Shown here in pieces: positions 1-11,015 of a DNA stretch of 64,000 nt (positions are counted from its first letter, which is position 1; each line of letters begins with the position of its first letter). Position numbers and translations under genes: made by a program. This DNA is from an uncultured virus (IMG/VR IMGVR_UViG_3300046471_000229) (taxonomy: Duplodnaviria; Heunggongvirae; Uroviricota; Caudoviricetes). Location: IMG/VR virus record IMGVR_UViG_3300046471_000229; one strand, given 5' to 3'. A model generated the notes under the pieces. The model had not been told where the DNA came from and did no database searches. It saw nothing but the letters and a program-made list of their open reading frames with translations.

Positions 1-294
1 ATGACCAGAGACGATGAAATATCCGTTGATATGGGCCTTCTTGGAACCCTTAGCCTCAAGCTGTCGAAAGAAATCGGACACCTGATGGCCCAGGACATCT
101 CGTCAAAAGAGAAAGCCATTCTCGAGGGTTTCCTGACCCTCATTCACACGTCACTTGCCTTAATAAAGGCCATAAATGAAGGGCTGAGACCTGAAAATTT
201 GGACTTGGGTAAATACGTTATTACCCAATCCGACGCGCTCAAGGAAATATCAGCCCTTGTTCACTCCCATCCGCAGTTCAGGCCTGTGGATTGA
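1..294 (+). CDS. hypothetical protein (may be 5'-truncated by the window edge)
   Basis: 97-aa ORF from base 1, followed by a hairpin at ~326-346. Confidence 0.55.
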   Translation: MTRDDEISVDMGLLGTLSLKLSKEIGHLMAQDISSKEKAILEGFLTLIHTSLALIKAINEGLRPENLDLGKYVITQSDALKEISALVHSHPQFRPVD

Positions 295-375
295 GCCGCC
301 AGTAGCCTGTCATTTTGATTGCAAAGAACCGCCAAATGGCGGTTCCTTACTATCCTGTGATCAGCTCAGCCAAGG

Positions 376-1176
376 TTAAAATGTCGGCTCGTCTGGACGT
401 GTGTTCTTAGCTGCATCCGGGGTCTTGTAGTGTGACATCCAGTCTTTGATGGATTCCTGGTTAAAGCGCAGGCCTGCTGACCCCACCTGTTTGTGGAGCG
501 CGTCGATGTCGGTCACCGAGGCGTTTGGATCAAAATCAGCAGGAATGATGTCTGCCCGCGACTTGATCTGTGCGGGATCCGCTTCGATGACCACCTTCAT
601 GCCCTCGAACTTTGTCAGCAACGGCTCCAGCTCCCTGTAGTCCTGGAGATCGCCGTAGTGCTTCTGGAGCCTGGCTGGCTCAGAAATATCGACACCCCGT
701 GGGTCAAAGCCAGGCGTATCGAGGATTATCCGCACATCCCGAGGGCTACCAACCGATACGGCCACTTCGATTGGCGTTTGACCGTCACTGTTCTTCGCGT
801 TGATGTCGCCACCGGCGAGCAGGTAGTTTTCTAGGTTGGTGGTCTTGCCGTTGAACAGGTTTTTGTACTCAACCAGCTTCAGCGGCGGCAGGCTCACGGG
901 CTCAGACGGATAAATCCCCAGTTCCTGTTCGGTAGGTCTGGTGTAAATGAGCTTTTCCGTATTGCCTTGATACTCCTGCGGCAGGAACGGAATCTCTTTG
1001 GCATTCGCCAGGATCTCATCAACCGCAGTGACTATTGCACTAGAATTGCCGACGATTTCATCGAGCAACGGCTGATGGTTGTTATTGTTCGTGGCCCAGA
1101 CCTTGTCCATCGGAACGGCGTTACGGACGATGTCTTCCAGCAGGTTATCAGCTGGATTGGATTCCTTGTTTCCCAT
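376..1176 (-). CDS. ankyrin-repeat-containing protein
   Basis: LLAGGDINAKNSDGQTPIEVAV matches the ankyrin consensus; A-rich leader upstream. Confidence 0.6.
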   Translation of the reverse strand: MGNKESNPADNLLEDIVRNAVPMDKVWATNNNNHQPLLDEIVGNSSAIVTAVDEILANAKEIPFLPQEYQGNTEKLIYTRPTEQELGIYPSEPVSLPPLKLVEYKNLFNGKTTNLENYLLAGGDINAKNSDGQTPIEVAVSVGSPRDVRIILDTPGFDPRGVDISEPARLQKHYGDLQDYRELEPLLTKFEGMKVVIEADPAQIKSRADIIPADFDPNASVTDIDALHKQVGSAGLRFNQESIKDWMSHYKTPDAAKNTRPDEPTF

Positions 1177-1240
1177 CAGGTATTCCCTTGTTTTTATTGT
1201 TATTTATTCTAGATTACCAGGCGCTGGCAGAACGCTGCAA

Positions 1241-2569
1241 TCAGAGTCCCAAATCCTGGCTGAAGACATGACCCAGTTGCTTCAAGGTCAGATCCTTGAT
1301 CCGCTCAGGATGGTTGGCGCGTATATAATTGGCGAATATTGCCTTTCCGCCTGGCGTGGCTTTCTTCTGCACCTCAGCAAAGTCGACATGAGGGAACAGT
1401 TGGTTCAGGAAATCCCTCTGTCTATCAAGACTCACATCTTTCTTGAAGGTGGCATTGCCAAACACGGAAACAGCTGTCGCAAAGATGTTGGTGTACCCGG
1501 CCTTGAGTTGTTCTGGGCTGCAACCAAGCCTCAGGAGGTTCGAATGAAGCTCTGCACACTCTCTGGTGAGGTCTCTAAACGCGATGTACCTGTCCCCAGG
1601 GCTACCGACCGCCAAGAATGACGGGCGGAGTAACTTGGAAGGCGCCTCCAGGGTAGCTAGAACCAGCGCAACAGCCTTTTCAGGATCGCGGGCATGGGAT
1701 TCGTAGCGATAGGCATCGGGAGCCTCGTTGGCTTTTTCCAAGAGCGTGTTGGCGTTACCAATGACGGCGACCAGGTTAGACCCCAGATGGAGCTTCTTTC
1801 CGGTGTCCGCGATCATTGCATCGAACCGGTCATTAAGCCGGCCCATCAGACCTTCATCGACCCGGATCGCATCCCCCTCTTGATGAATGAAAAGCGTGGT
1901 GAGATTTTTCTCGAGCGCTAGAAATTGAGGGAATCGACTTGAATACGTCTCCAGCTCAGGGAGCCATCGATTGACGGCACGCTTCACCTCGGCGTCCATC
2001 TCGATCATGAAAGGGTATTCTTTGTTCAGCTTGACGACTACCGCCGCGAACACCTCACAAGCCCGGTGCCACGGCGTGATCTTGGCGTCTTTTTTCACCG
2101 CTAGGTGCCGGCTAAGCTGGTTCAGCATGCAGGCCGCCGCTTTCAGACTCGGCTCACCGATTGCTTCGAGCGAAAACTTCGTGGCCAGCGACAGTGTGAA
2201 GTGGTCGCCAAGGTAATCCTGATACTCAGCGTCCAACGCCGAAAATAGCATTGTCGCCGTCAGGGGAAGCCTCTTCTGACTCCACCTCACAAATTCCGAC
2301 ACCAGGTTCCAGTTGTACTTGCTGTTAACCATCATGTGACGCCCAAGCACATGGGTCATCACGTCATCGACGCCAGAGATATCCGCCCAGTCCGAGCCTT
2401 CGTTGTCGATGATGATGGCCAAGACCTGTAGCAGAGTGGGATCAACAAGCTCTTGTGGGACGAGGAGGATTTTGCGGGCCTTCTCACTCAGCTCAAAAGG
2501 TTCTTCCATTCGTCTCTTTCTCCAGGCGCTTTTCTTCTCATCATGACCGGTCAGTCGTCTCCGGATCAA
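1241..2569 (-). CDS. hypothetical protein with C-terminal FSQDLGL tag (start may be Met at 2509)
   Basis: 442-aa ORF; C-terminal heptapeptide shared with 51940..53718. Confidence 0.75.
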   Translation of the reverse strand: MIRRRLTGHDEKKSAWRKRRMEEPFELSEKARKILLVPQELVDPTLLQVLAIIIDNEGSDWADISGVDDVMTHVLGRHMMVNSKYNWNLVSEFVRWSQKRLPLTATMLFSALDAEYQDYLGDHFTLSLATKFSLEAIGEPSLKAAACMLNQLSRHLAVKKDAKITPWHRACEVFAAVVVKLNKEYPFMIEMDAEVKRAVNRWLPELETYSSRFPQFLALEKNLTTLFIHQEGDAIRVDEGLMGRLNDRFDAMIADTGKKLHLGSNLVAVIGNANTLLEKANEAPDAYRYESHARDPEKAVALVLATLEAPSKLLRPSFLAVGSPGDRYIAFRDLTRECAELHSNLLRLGCSPEQLKAGYTNIFATAVSVFGNATFKKDVSLDRQRDFLNQLFPHVDFAEVQKKATPGGKAIFANYIRANHPERIKDLTLKQLGHVFSQDLGL

Positions 2570-2748
2570 TCAGAATGCCATTTTACGGGCAACAAAAAAC
2601 CGCCCGTAGGCGGTTCGTTGAACTTCTTTACTTTCACAGCAGACGGTATTAGCCGTGTCGCCGGGGTGGAGTGCTGCTCTCTTAGCCCGACCGAGTTACT
2701 CATCATACCTTTAGAGAATCTTTCAATTCAACTGTCAATTTACATGCT

Positions 2749-3522
2749 TTAAGGGATGAGAAGTCCCTGCCCTGGCTTGAGTTTTTCGATGTGTTTTTGC
2801 AGTTCCTCCATCGAGACATCGACCCGCACCACGCTCAACTGACCGTTACCCTTCCACTCAGGCGTTCTGCCCTTGTAAGCGCCGGTGTCTATTGCCACCA
2901 CGTTGCCGAGAATGCGTGGACGTCTGACGATGTTATGACCCACGTACACGCGTTCAACACCAGGTACCGGTGTGCAGTCGTTGTTTTTAATCCGCTCGCG
3001 ATTGCTGAGCAGGCGCCGCTGCTGCTGAAAGTCAGGATCATTAATCAGGTCAACGATGGCGTCCCAATGCATGCCGCTTGGCACATCGGCGTGAATGATC
3101 CCTACCCGGCCAATCGTGGTTTCAAGTTCTGCGGCGATGGGAAGCTTGCCAACCTTCTCGATGAAGGCTCGACGGAACGCCGGCGAGGTCTTACCCCACC
3201 ATCCGAAACCGGAATCCTTGTATTCCAGGGCGTCCTTCAAGGCCGCTGGCGAAGGGTTACCGTCGCGGTACAGCTTGAGTATGAACGCTTCGTGGTTGCC
3301 TAAGATTGCCCTGAACCAGTCTTCGTCCAGGTAGTCGAGCACCATCTCGTTATGAGGGCCCCGGTCTACCAGATCTCCAGCGGCTACTGCTAAATCGATC
3401 TTCTTATCAAAGCCCACAGCAGCCAAGCGCTTCTCAAGCAACTTGTAGCAGCCATGAATGTCACTGATCGCAAAGGTGCGCCCTTTGGTGTTGAGCGGAA
3501 TTTTTTGAATCCAATTACCCAT
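2749..3522 (-). CDS. metallophosphoesterase, PPP/PphA-like Ser/Thr phosphatase family
   Basis: motifs DIHG, GDLVDRG, GNHE, HAD, GH, IDTG. Confidence 0.9.
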   Translation of the reverse strand: MGNWIQKIPLNTKGRTFAISDIHGCYKLLEKRLAAVGFDKKIDLAVAAGDLVDRGPHNEMVLDYLDEDWFRAILGNHEAFILKLYRDGNPSPAALKDALEYKDSGFGWWGKTSPAFRRAFIEKVGKLPIAAELETTIGRVGIIHADVPSGMHWDAIVDLINDPDFQQQRRLLSNRERIKNNDCTPVPGVERVYVGHNIVRRPRILGNVVAIDTGAYKGRTPEWKGNGQLSVVRVDVSMEELQKHIEKLKPGQGLLIP

Positions 3523-3532
3523 GGAACAACCT

Positions 3533-4147
3533 CTAAACTGACTTTTGCTTGGTGATTAGCATGTGAGCAAAGCTGGCCAGATCCTTGAGGGCGGACTCTC
3601 CCTTTCGATCTAGATACCAGCCTTGCATGCCAAACTCAGTCGGGCCGGTTTGGTCACACCGTTGCGAATCACCCACCATGTCAATCAGGTAGGGTTTCAC
3701 ATCGATCCTGGTGCAGGCATCTTGGTAGATCGCGAATTCTGGTTTTACGGTACCGACCTCAAAGCTGTAGCTGTAGCCATCCAGGGATGGATAGAGACGC
3801 TCGATAGCCGCAGCGTAAGGTAACGCAAGGTTGCTGCAGACCGCTACCTTGAACCCGGAATTTTTCAGTAAATCTACGGCTTCAAGTCCATCCGGATAGG
3901 CCGTAATCTGCGAAAGCTCCTCGTCTAGTTGAGCCTGAATGTGCTCAAGGTCGCTGTCTACGACGGCAATACCCAGGCGCTTCGCGGCTTCGGCCAGGCC
4001 CCACGGGTTTGTCATCAAAGTCTTGGCATCTTCGGGCTGTGGTCGACGTCCTTGCTGGCTACCCAGCTTCAGGATCTGGCGATACGGGTGGTTACCCTCA
4101 TGGATTTTCACCAGGGTGCCGAAAGCATCGAATATCACACCGCGCAT
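3533..4147 (-). CDS. HAD-superfamily hydrolase
   Basis: motif I variant IFDAFGTL, CSN, KP, GDS..D; likely start MRGVIFD at 4147. Confidence 0.85.
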   Translation of the reverse strand: MRGVIFDAFGTLVKIHEGNHPYRQILKLGSQQGRRPQPEDAKTLMTNPWGLAEAAKRLGIAVVDSDLEHIQAQLDEELSQITAYPDGLEAVDLLKNSGFKVAVCSNLALPYAAAIERLYPSLDGYSYSFEVGTVKPEFAIYQDACTRIDVKPYLIDMVGDSQRCDQTGPTEFGMQGWYLDRKGESALKDLASFAHMLITKQKSV

Positions 4148-4326
4148 GAACACCTCTGACCGAAGATGGGCTGGTCTCTCGTGAGCCAGCAGTACCAAGC
4201 CTATCAAAATTAGGGGATTTACGCACGGTGGCCAGAGGTTCGCTCGGCTTGTTGAGCCGGCTACTCGCGTATGGTCTACTGGTTAAATAGACAGACTTGA
4301 TAGGCCGGAAGGAAGGATAAACCACG

Positions 4327-4602
4327 ATGACCACAGAAGATGGCTACGAACTGGTAAAAATCGACAGCCAAAGCGCGATGAATGCGCCAAAGGACGTCTA
4401 CTTTGATACTGACGGGGTGTCGGCCTACTCCTGCTTGATCCCAGAAAATAATGAGCTGGCCAAGCGTGTTCACTTTGTAAGCGGTGCCGATGGCGACGAA
4501 TACGGCCAATTCACAACCAAAGATAAAGCGAAGGCAAAGGCGGCCAGTGTTGTCCGCAACGCTAAACAGAAAGACGCTTCTGACGATTTTTCCTTCCGCT
4601 AA
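4327..4602 (+). CDS. hypothetical protein
   Basis: 91-aa ORF with purine-rich RBS (GGAAGGAAGGA) upstream. Confidence 0.6.
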   Translation: MTTEDGYELVKIDSQSAMNAPKDVYFDTDGVSAYSCLIPENNELAKRVHFVSGADGDEYGQFTTKDKAKAKAASVVRNAKQKDASDDFSFR

Positions 4603-4628
4603 GCCTGACAAGTGATCGCTGCTGGCGG

Positions 4629-5018
4629 CTAAAGCCCTGGCGGCGATTTCTCTCGAGCAAGAGCCTCTTCGATGTACTCCTGCACTGCGTCATCGTCGCT
4701 GTCGCATCCCCTTCCCGCCCCCAGCATGTCCGCATGCAGCTTCTTCAGCGCAAGTTCACCCTGGTGGGCTTTGCCAATGTCATCAATCGCCTTCCAGGTT
4801 TCAAGCTCGTCTTCCTCCATAAACCGGTAGGGGTCGACCACCATTCCGCATTGGAAGCTGCCGTCAGTGGATTGCATCAAGGCTTTACAGTTCACGTCAT
4901 CACCCAATTCAACGCCGATCTCGCAGACTTTCGCTATGCAGCAGACACCACAGCCATTGCACGGGTCGCCCATGACAGGTTTTTCCAGGGTCACTGAATG
5001 GATAATGTGCCACTGCAT
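4629..5018 (-). CDS. cysteine-cluster (Fe-S/Zn) protein
   Basis: CNGCGVCC plus further Cys residues (VC, NC, QC, GC). Confidence 0.65.
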   Translation of the reverse strand: MQWHIIHSVTLEKPVMGDPCNGCGVCCIAKVCEIGVELGDDVNCKALMQSTDGSFQCGMVVDPYRFMEEDELETWKAIDDIGKAHQGELALKKLHADMLGAGRGCDSDDDAVQEYIEEALAREKSPPGL

Positions 5019-5140
5019 TGAGGCTTACTCCGGCTCTCGGTTTTGTAAATTGGTCGTACTGTGAAATATCCATTTGATAGCACAATACTATGCCATCTGA
5101 TATAAATTGAACAGACTAACCAGCGCACGGACGTCAGACC

Positions 5141-6832
5141 ATGAGTGGACAGACAATCGACACAAACGCCCTGAAGAAAATCGTACAGCAGTTAACCAGG
5201 CCATCTCTGACAGAGAAGATAAAGCTTCAGGTTCAGTCGTCATCGGCGCCAGAATCGAAAAACCCGATCAAGGCACAAGGGAAAGCCTATGCAAACAGGC
5301 ATCGCAAACTCCAGGGGCGGTCTGGATCAATTGCAAAATCTGAGAAGGAACAAGAAATCCACGAGATAATCCGCGACAACCCCATTCTGCTGCACACCCC
5401 TGAGTTGTACTCAGGCGGACTGTACTTGAATGCGGTTGTAAGCAAGCACCGCCTGCCATGTTTATTGGTGCCGGATTTCCTTTATATAACCGTACACAAC
5501 CGAGTCATACGCTTCACGTTGGTCGAAATTGAGAAGCCCGCGCATGGTGTATTCAGTGGCAGCTCATTCATGGCAGGAGTTAATACTGGATTGACCCAGG
5601 TGCGTAAGTGGATCACGCACATGGAACCTAGAGCTCAGCGAGAAGCCCTCCTACTGAATCTTAAGGGGCTATTCGAGCATTACCCTATCGAGCTTTTTAC
5701 AGCTGATGGATCGGTCAGCAAAAACACCCAGATCGAAATGGGTTATGTGCTCATCGTCGGCTCAGAAACGATTGAGTCAGATCTGCAGCAAAAGATGGTC
5801 GACGAGCTTTACCTCAAAGAAGGCATTCTGTTCATGACCTACCCGATGATGGTCGAACAGGTTAAGAGGCATCCATTGCCAAAAAACATGCTGAAGTCCG
5901 GCCCCCACGGCATCAGCGCATTCAAGCTCGATAGCCCGGAGATCTTCCTCAGGAAAGGCCCTTACATTGGTCATGAACGCCTAGAAGACAATGACCCTTA
6001 CGGTATTACCACCGGCGCTTTAGGGTGGAAGATCTACAAAGTCAGACTCCGCGAATACAGTAGGCATCCTGAGTCAATGAAGGAGATTTTCTATCGAGCG
6101 AATGGGCAGTGCGAGCATCCCGAGTGTGCCGAGCGAATCGTCCAAGATGGTGAGGTACACGGCAATCTTGGACGTATCTACAACATGTTCGAGAAGGCTT
6201 CAGATGTGAGCCAGCTGTGGAATACTGACTACACCCCTTTGTTGTGCCCAAAACACCGCGAGGCCTCGAACGCTACCTACCCGCCATGCTCATTGTTTTC
6301 TGACCATCCGATGAAGCTGGCGCTCCAGGCCCGCAGACCCTACCGACCGCACCTGGATGCTGAGCTATCCATATGTCTGGCGAAATGGCGTGACTCCATT
6401 GGCCAGTCAGTACTCAACATCCTTGAAATCGATCAAAAACTTGAGCCTGGGTTTGCAGCGCAGATACATGAATGGATGCTGGCCGTCACTTCACTTCCGT
6501 GGCAATGGGCAATGCTACTGAAGGACTTGGTTCTGGATCATTTTCAAATAATCCGATGGTATGAGGTGAGCCGTGCCGAGAAAATGCTCGATAGCCATCC
6601 GGGTTGGCGCTATCTCCTGAGGGCTGGCTTGATCAGGGTTAACCCATCGGCGAGAGCGCACCTGAAAATTGAGCCAAATGTTTTCAGCCGGGCATTCATC
6701 GACCGCGTACTCGAGAAGTTTCCAGAGAATGGTTACGTTGCTCTCGCAGACGTCTGCACCGCGAATGTCTATAAGCTAGCCAGCCGAGGGAAAGAACTGG
6801 GGGATCCCCATAGGCTGGTGGCCATTTTGTAA
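5141..6832 (+). CDS. Shedu (SduA/DUF4263)-like PD-(D/E)XK nuclease with C-terminal extension
   Basis: EQEIHEIIRDNPILL...PDF...LVEIEKP...F...GLTQVRKW pattern in the N-terminal half; CEHPEC...CPKH in the C-terminal half. Confidence 0.6.
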   Translation: MSGQTIDTNALKKIVQQLTRPSLTEKIKLQVQSSSAPESKNPIKAQGKAYANRHRKLQGRSGSIAKSEKEQEIHEIIRDNPILLHTPELYSGGLYLNAVVSKHRLPCLLVPDFLYITVHNRVIRFTLVEIEKPAHGVFSGSSFMAGVNTGLTQVRKWITHMEPRAQREALLLNLKGLFEHYPIELFTADGSVSKNTQIEMGYVLIVGSETIESDLQQKMVDELYLKEGILFMTYPMMVEQVKRHPLPKNMLKSGPHGISAFKLDSPEIFLRKGPYIGHERLEDNDPYGITTGALGWKIYKVRLREYSRHPESMKEIFYRANGQCEHPECAERIVQDGEVHGNLGRIYNMFEKASDVSQLWNTDYTPLLCPKHREASNATYPPCSLFSDHPMKLALQARRPYRPHLDAELSICLAKWRDSIGQSVLNILEIDQKLEPGFAAQIHEWMLAVTSLPWQWAMLLKDLVLDHFQIIRWYEVSRAEKMLDSHPGWRYLLRAGLIRVNPSARAHLKIEPNVFSRAFIDRVLEKFPENGYVALADVCTANVYKLASRGKELGDPHRLVAIL

Positions 6833-6930
6833 GGCAAGGCCCAGCCGCCTTTGGGCGGAAGTACGACTGCCCCGTTCGTGGCTTCCTGGATTCCTCACTC
6901 TATCTCCATTGCTTTTTGATGATCTGGCCC

Positions 6931-7749
6931 CTAGCAGGAAGCCAACTCCGGTTGCGTTGTGACTGGGGTTTTTGTTGATTTTTTCAGCAGCCCGTCCAGC
7001 ATGTCCTCAGAGACGTAGGGGATCACGTCCGACTGAATGCGTGAGATGGGCGATAGGTTGTAGACTTTGAACGAGTCGTTAACTACTCGCTTGGACATGA
7101 GCTTCAGAGAGGGGAGTATCCGCGTTTCAAAATGGCTATCCAGCCCGCAAGGCGACTTGTAGTCCAATCCGCCCTCATAGAAACGACCGACTGACTCGTT
7201 CATGTCGAAACCGACCATAAATACCTGTTCAAATCCAGTGTGGTAGGCGATCTGCAGGGCGATGTAGGCCACCGTTCGAGCGTCGAAATAACCTTGGCTG
7301 AGATCCTTGCTGAAACCGATAGGGCGCACTTGGAAGCCTTTTCGCGACGCCCCGCGAATCAGATCACGGTTAGGAACAAGCCACTCCATCATTGATTTTT
7401 TTGTGGCCTTTTTCAGGGCGTAGGTTTCGTTAGGTAGCTGCCCCTGGAAGCTGTCAATCACATCTGGCCATAGCGCGACTCGCTGACTCAAGCGCAGAGC
7501 CTCGTTAAAAAGCTCTGGTTGCTGCGAATAGAAGCTTTTATCCGAGCATGTGTAGAAGAATGGACGGACGCCGGTGTCTTTGAACATGGCAATGCCACCG
7601 TTCATGGTGATCATCGGATACTGAGCATATTTCTTGAAGGAGAAGTCTTTTGCTGAGCTGCCGGAAGCGACGATGAACACTGACCCGTTACCGATACCTT
7701 TGCAGTGGTCAAAGCTGATGGCTTCATTCGTTTTGGGTGCCTTGCTCAT
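6931..7749 (-). CDS. WaaZ/RfaZ-like LPS core biosynthesis (Kdo transferase-like) protein
   Basis: IVASGSS, MNG, YTCSD, RTVAYIALQIAY, GFDM, VYNLS motifs resemble the RfaZ/DUF115 fold. Confidence 0.65.
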   Translation of the reverse strand: MSKAPKTNEAISFDHCKGIGNGSVFIVASGSSAKDFSFKKYAQYPMITMNGGIAMFKDTGVRPFFYTCSDKSFYSQQPELFNEALRLSQRVALWPDVIDSFQGQLPNETYALKKATKKSMMEWLVPNRDLIRGASRKGFQVRPIGFSKDLSQGYFDARTVAYIALQIAYHTGFEQVFMVGFDMNESVGRFYEGGLDYKSPCGLDSHFETRILPSLKLMSKRVVNDSFKVYNLSPISRIQSDVIPYVSEDMLDGLLKKSTKTPVTTQPELASC

Positions 7750-7976
7750 AGTCTTGCTTTTCCTCGCGTCCGGGCGATTAGATCTTCGGTCAATGTTCAG
7801 ATAATTTTTTACACGTGTTCGTCATTTTCTCACGCAAATCCCATTTAATCAAAGGCTTGAACTGGTTTATCGGACAACCAACTGGGCTCGGTATGGCCAC
7901 CAAGCCGTGCTGCAGAGATCATGACCAGCAGGAGCGCAATGTCGAGGGTGATTGGCCGTTTAATTCAGGCCGAGGT

Positions 7977-8210
7977 TCAGCGCAGGGAATATGAGTCCAG
8001 TGCATCCTCGAAGGCTTGAGCCTTCTCGATCCGGGCGGCCTCATCGGGGCCATTCAAGATCAGTGCCTCAGCCCTGGCAGTCGCGGCGTCGGTGATAAAC
8101 GCCGTACGATTAACACCTTCCATTGCAGCTGCAATGTCAATCAGACGTATCCTGTCCGCTGCGACACGCATGTTGATCGGTACTTGCTTGGTCACTGGAC
8201 GCATTAACAA
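7977..8210 (-). CDS. DUF1778/TacA-like ribbon-helix-helix antitoxin
   Basis: INMRV...IDIAAAMEGVNRTAFITDAATARAEALI. Confidence 0.75.
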   Translation of the reverse strand: MLMRPVTKQVPINMRVAADRIRLIDIAAAMEGVNRTAFITDAATARAEALILNGPDEAARIEKAQAFEDALDSYSLR

Positions 8211-8364
8211 ATCTCAAATAATAGCCATCAATTGTCTACCCGATGGCGCTAGGCCTGGGGTTATTTTGACGGAAAAGTCATTGTATTTTCAATGAGTTGG
8301 GTATTTCATTCGCCAAAGCTCACCGCTAATCTTGCTTCAGGTAGCAATCAAGTGAGGTTTTCTC

Positions 8365-8634
8365 ATGAATTACAATCGCGAATACAGCAAGCGTTTCGGC
8401 ACCGGTTTGATGGCCCTTGGTCTGGCCATCCTCGTGGCCTTCGGCTCGTTCCTTCTGAACTTCGATGTCTGGGGCGCCGAATCCCACACGTTCCTGCCCT
8501 ACACCATCCTGGTGGCGTTCAGCTCCGTGGCAACGTTCTTCACCGGCGCCGCGTTTCGCCGTGGCGTATTCCTGATGTCTGAACAGGTGATCAAGCCGCC
8601 CGTTAAGCAGGGAACTCCAAGCGCCGCTGCCTGA
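8365..8634 (+). CDS. small membrane protein (2 TM)
   Basis: two hydrophobic segments; GAGG RBS; followed by a terminator. Confidence 0.65.
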   Translation: MNYNREYSKRFGTGLMALGLAILVAFGSFLLNFDVWGAESHTFLPYTILVAFSSVATFFTGAAFRRGVFLMSEQVIKPPVKQGTPSAAA

Positions 8635-8646
8635 GTGGCACCCATC

Positions 8647-8672
8647 AAAAAGCCCGCCTCGGCGGGTTTTTT
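8647..8672 (+). terminator. intrinsic terminator (probably bidirectional)
   Basis: AAAAA-GCCCGCC-TC-GGCGGGT-TTTTT. Confidence 0.8.
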
Positions 8673-8781
8673 GTGTTCAGGCTTGTTCCAGCGGTGTATA
8701 GCTGTGGCATTAATTGCACTTCAGAAAAAGCCCTGTAGTATGGACACCCTTCGATAGCCTTGCCGCTGGCTGGATAAATCT

Positions 8782-9162
8782 ATGCGCCACGAGAAAATCG
8801 CTGAAGAAATAAGCGCAAAATCCTGTTGGAATACCATTCGTTGGGGATGGCGCGACTTTGGTTCAGAAGCCAACACAATAATAGACAGCCTTCTAGAGCA
8901 CCGCGAAGGGGTACAGCCAGAGTTTTTTCTGATAGGCGCTGCCGCTGTGGACGAGGTGAAACAATCAGGTTTGTTTCAAGCGACATCAGAGCCGGGTGTT
9001 AAAATCGGCTACATCAGGGGACTTCCAGTCTATGTGACTGAAAATATGCCACCTGATTTGATTGCCGTAATTGCTCCAGGCTCGAGGCTGTTTCCTGGTG
9101 AGCCCAAATATGAGGTAACTCACAATGTGGCAAGCTGGCTCTTAATACAGGGAAGCCACTAA
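8782..9162 (+). CDS. hypothetical protein
   Basis: 126-aa ORF, non-overlapping. Confidence 0.5.
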   Translation: MRHEKIAEEISAKSCWNTIRWGWRDFGSEANTIIDSLLEHREGVQPEFFLIGAAAVDEVKQSGLFQATSEPGVKIGYIRGLPVYVTENMPPDLIAVIAPGSRLFPGEPKYEVTHNVASWLLIQGSH

Positions 9163-9195
9163 CGCGACACCCCTGTAAACAAATTTGAATAAATG

Positions 9196-10809
9196 TCAGA
9201 GACGGAAGCGGTCGACCGATTGCGACAACTTGCCGGCCAGCGTAGATAGCTCATCGGTCGTTGAGGCCGTCTGGCCAATCACCTTGCTGTTCCCTTCCGA
9301 CATGTTGGCGATCATGGTCACCTGGTGCGCAATTTCGTTGCTGGCCAGGCTTTGTTCGCCGATGGTGCGGCTGATGTCATTCACCAGCTGTGTGGTGCTC
9401 AGCGTCGCCTCGAGGATTTCACGGATCGCACGCTCAACATCGGCAGTAACAGCCATGCCTTTGTCCACCTGCACTACACCGGCTTCGATGCTGCTCACCG
9501 CCTCGCGGGTGCTTTGCTGAATGCGTGAGACCATATTGGAGATTTCTTGAGTCGATGCGCTGGTGCGCCCGGCCAGGCTGCGCACCTCATCCGCGACTAC
9601 GGCAAAGCCGCGACCTTGTTCGCCGGCACGGGCTGCCTCGATGGCGGCGTTGAGCGCCAGTAGGTTGGTCTGGTCAGCAATGCCCTTGATCACTTGGATG
9701 ATGTTGAAAATTCCTTCAGACTCCTTGTCCAGCGTGCGGATGACTTGTGCTGACTGTTGGGACGACCGCGCAATGCCATCCATATCGTTCACCACTTGGT
9801 GAATGACTCTGCCGCCGTCCTTTGCCAGTGTTTCAGCTTGGTGGGCCATATTCAGTGCGCGCTCTGCATGCCGGGTGATTTCCTCAATGCTGGCGGTCAT
9901 TTCGCTGGCAGCAGCGGCCATGGTGCTGGCGGCGGCGCTTTGCTGCTGACTGCTGTCAGAGACCTGATGGCAACCGCTGCTCAACTGTTCACTCATTCCG
10001 CTCACGCCGTGGGCGTTGCTGCGTACCACTTCGATCATTCCACGCAGGTCTCGCTGCATCGTCGCTAGGTTCCGAATCAGGGTACTAGCCTCATCCTTCT
10101 GCGTTGGCTCAACAATCGCCTCACTCAAGTTACCCATGGCAATACTGTTGGCAATCCGGGTGGCGATCTGCAGCGGAACCATGATACTGGAGATCACCCA
10201 GCGCCCCTGTATGAGCAGCAACACCAGAGTGACGGTAAGCACTAGACCCAGGGTCAAGTTGGCACCCTGGATCGCTTGCTGGGTGCCCTGGCTGGTCTGT
10301 TGCGTGTCGGATTCGATTAACGAGCTGAGGCTGGCCATCTGTTCTTCCAGTTGGCTGAAGGCGGCATTGAACGAGCCCAGGTCTTTCTGCGCAGCCTCAG
10401 GATTCTCCAGCGCTAGGCCAACGATGCGCTCGGCGGCGCCGATGTAGGTATCGAGGCTTGGCTTAACCTTGTTCAGACCGGCCCTGATGGTGTCGTTCAC
10501 CGGCAACTTGAAGTTATCCCCCAAGACGTCCCGAAAATGCTTGGCATGCTCCTCGATTGAGCTGCTCACATCACCTTTGCTGCTGGCGCTTTTACCCAAC
10601 CCAACCAGCATGGCGGACATCACATCGGCCCGCAGGGCGTCATGCATCATGTCGGCCTCGAGGTGGTTGCGCAGCGCTGCCATGCTGACCTCACTCTCCT
10701 TCACCGCCTCTGCCATTTGCGTGTTCCCTACGTAGCTGACCAGGCTCACGATCAGCGCGGCGAGCAAACTGGTACCAATCAACAGGAGCAACCTGAGCTT
10801 TATCGACAA
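9196..10809 (-). CDS. methyl-accepting chemotaxis protein (TM-sensor-TM-HAMP-MA)
   Basis: [34 protein letters not shown] signature; two TM helices. Confidence 0.95.
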   Translation of the reverse strand: MSIKLRLLLLIGTSLLAALIVSLVSYVGNTQMAEAVKESEVSMAALRNHLEADMMHDALRADVMSAMLVGLGKSASSKGDVSSSIEEHAKHFRDVLGDNFKLPVNDTIRAGLNKVKPSLDTYIGAAERIVGLALENPEAAQKDLGSFNAAFSQLEEQMASLSSLIESDTQQTSQGTQQAIQGANLTLGLVLTVTLVLLLIQGRWVISSIMVPLQIATRIANSIAMGNLSEAIVEPTQKDEASTLIRNLATMQRDLRGMIEVVRSNAHGVSGMSEQLSSGCHQVSDSSQQQSAAASTMAAAASEMTASIEEITRHAERALNMAHQAETLAKDGGRVIHQVVNDMDGIARSSQQSAQVIRTLDKESEGIFNIIQVIKGIADQTNLLALNAAIEAARAGEQGRGFAVVADEVRSLAGRTSASTQEISNMVSRIQQSTREAVSSIEAGVVQVDKGMAVTADVERAIREILEATLSTTQLVNDISRTIGEQSLASNEIAHQVTMIANMSEGNSKVIGQTASTTDELSTLAGKLSQSVDRFRL

Positions 10810-11015
10810 AGTGGAACCCTCTTTTTGGACGTCTCTTGTCTAAAAGCAATCGACTGCTCCGCCCAGATATTTAAGGTGCATTCAAGATTTTCAGGGGTAT
10901 TCGACCTGTGGCGCTGGATTGCGGCGTGTTTGGCATCTCAAGGCCCGTGTACACGCCAATCGCTGGGTAAAACCCGACAACAGTCGCTACGACATGGCCG
11001 GCCAGCTATCGACAG

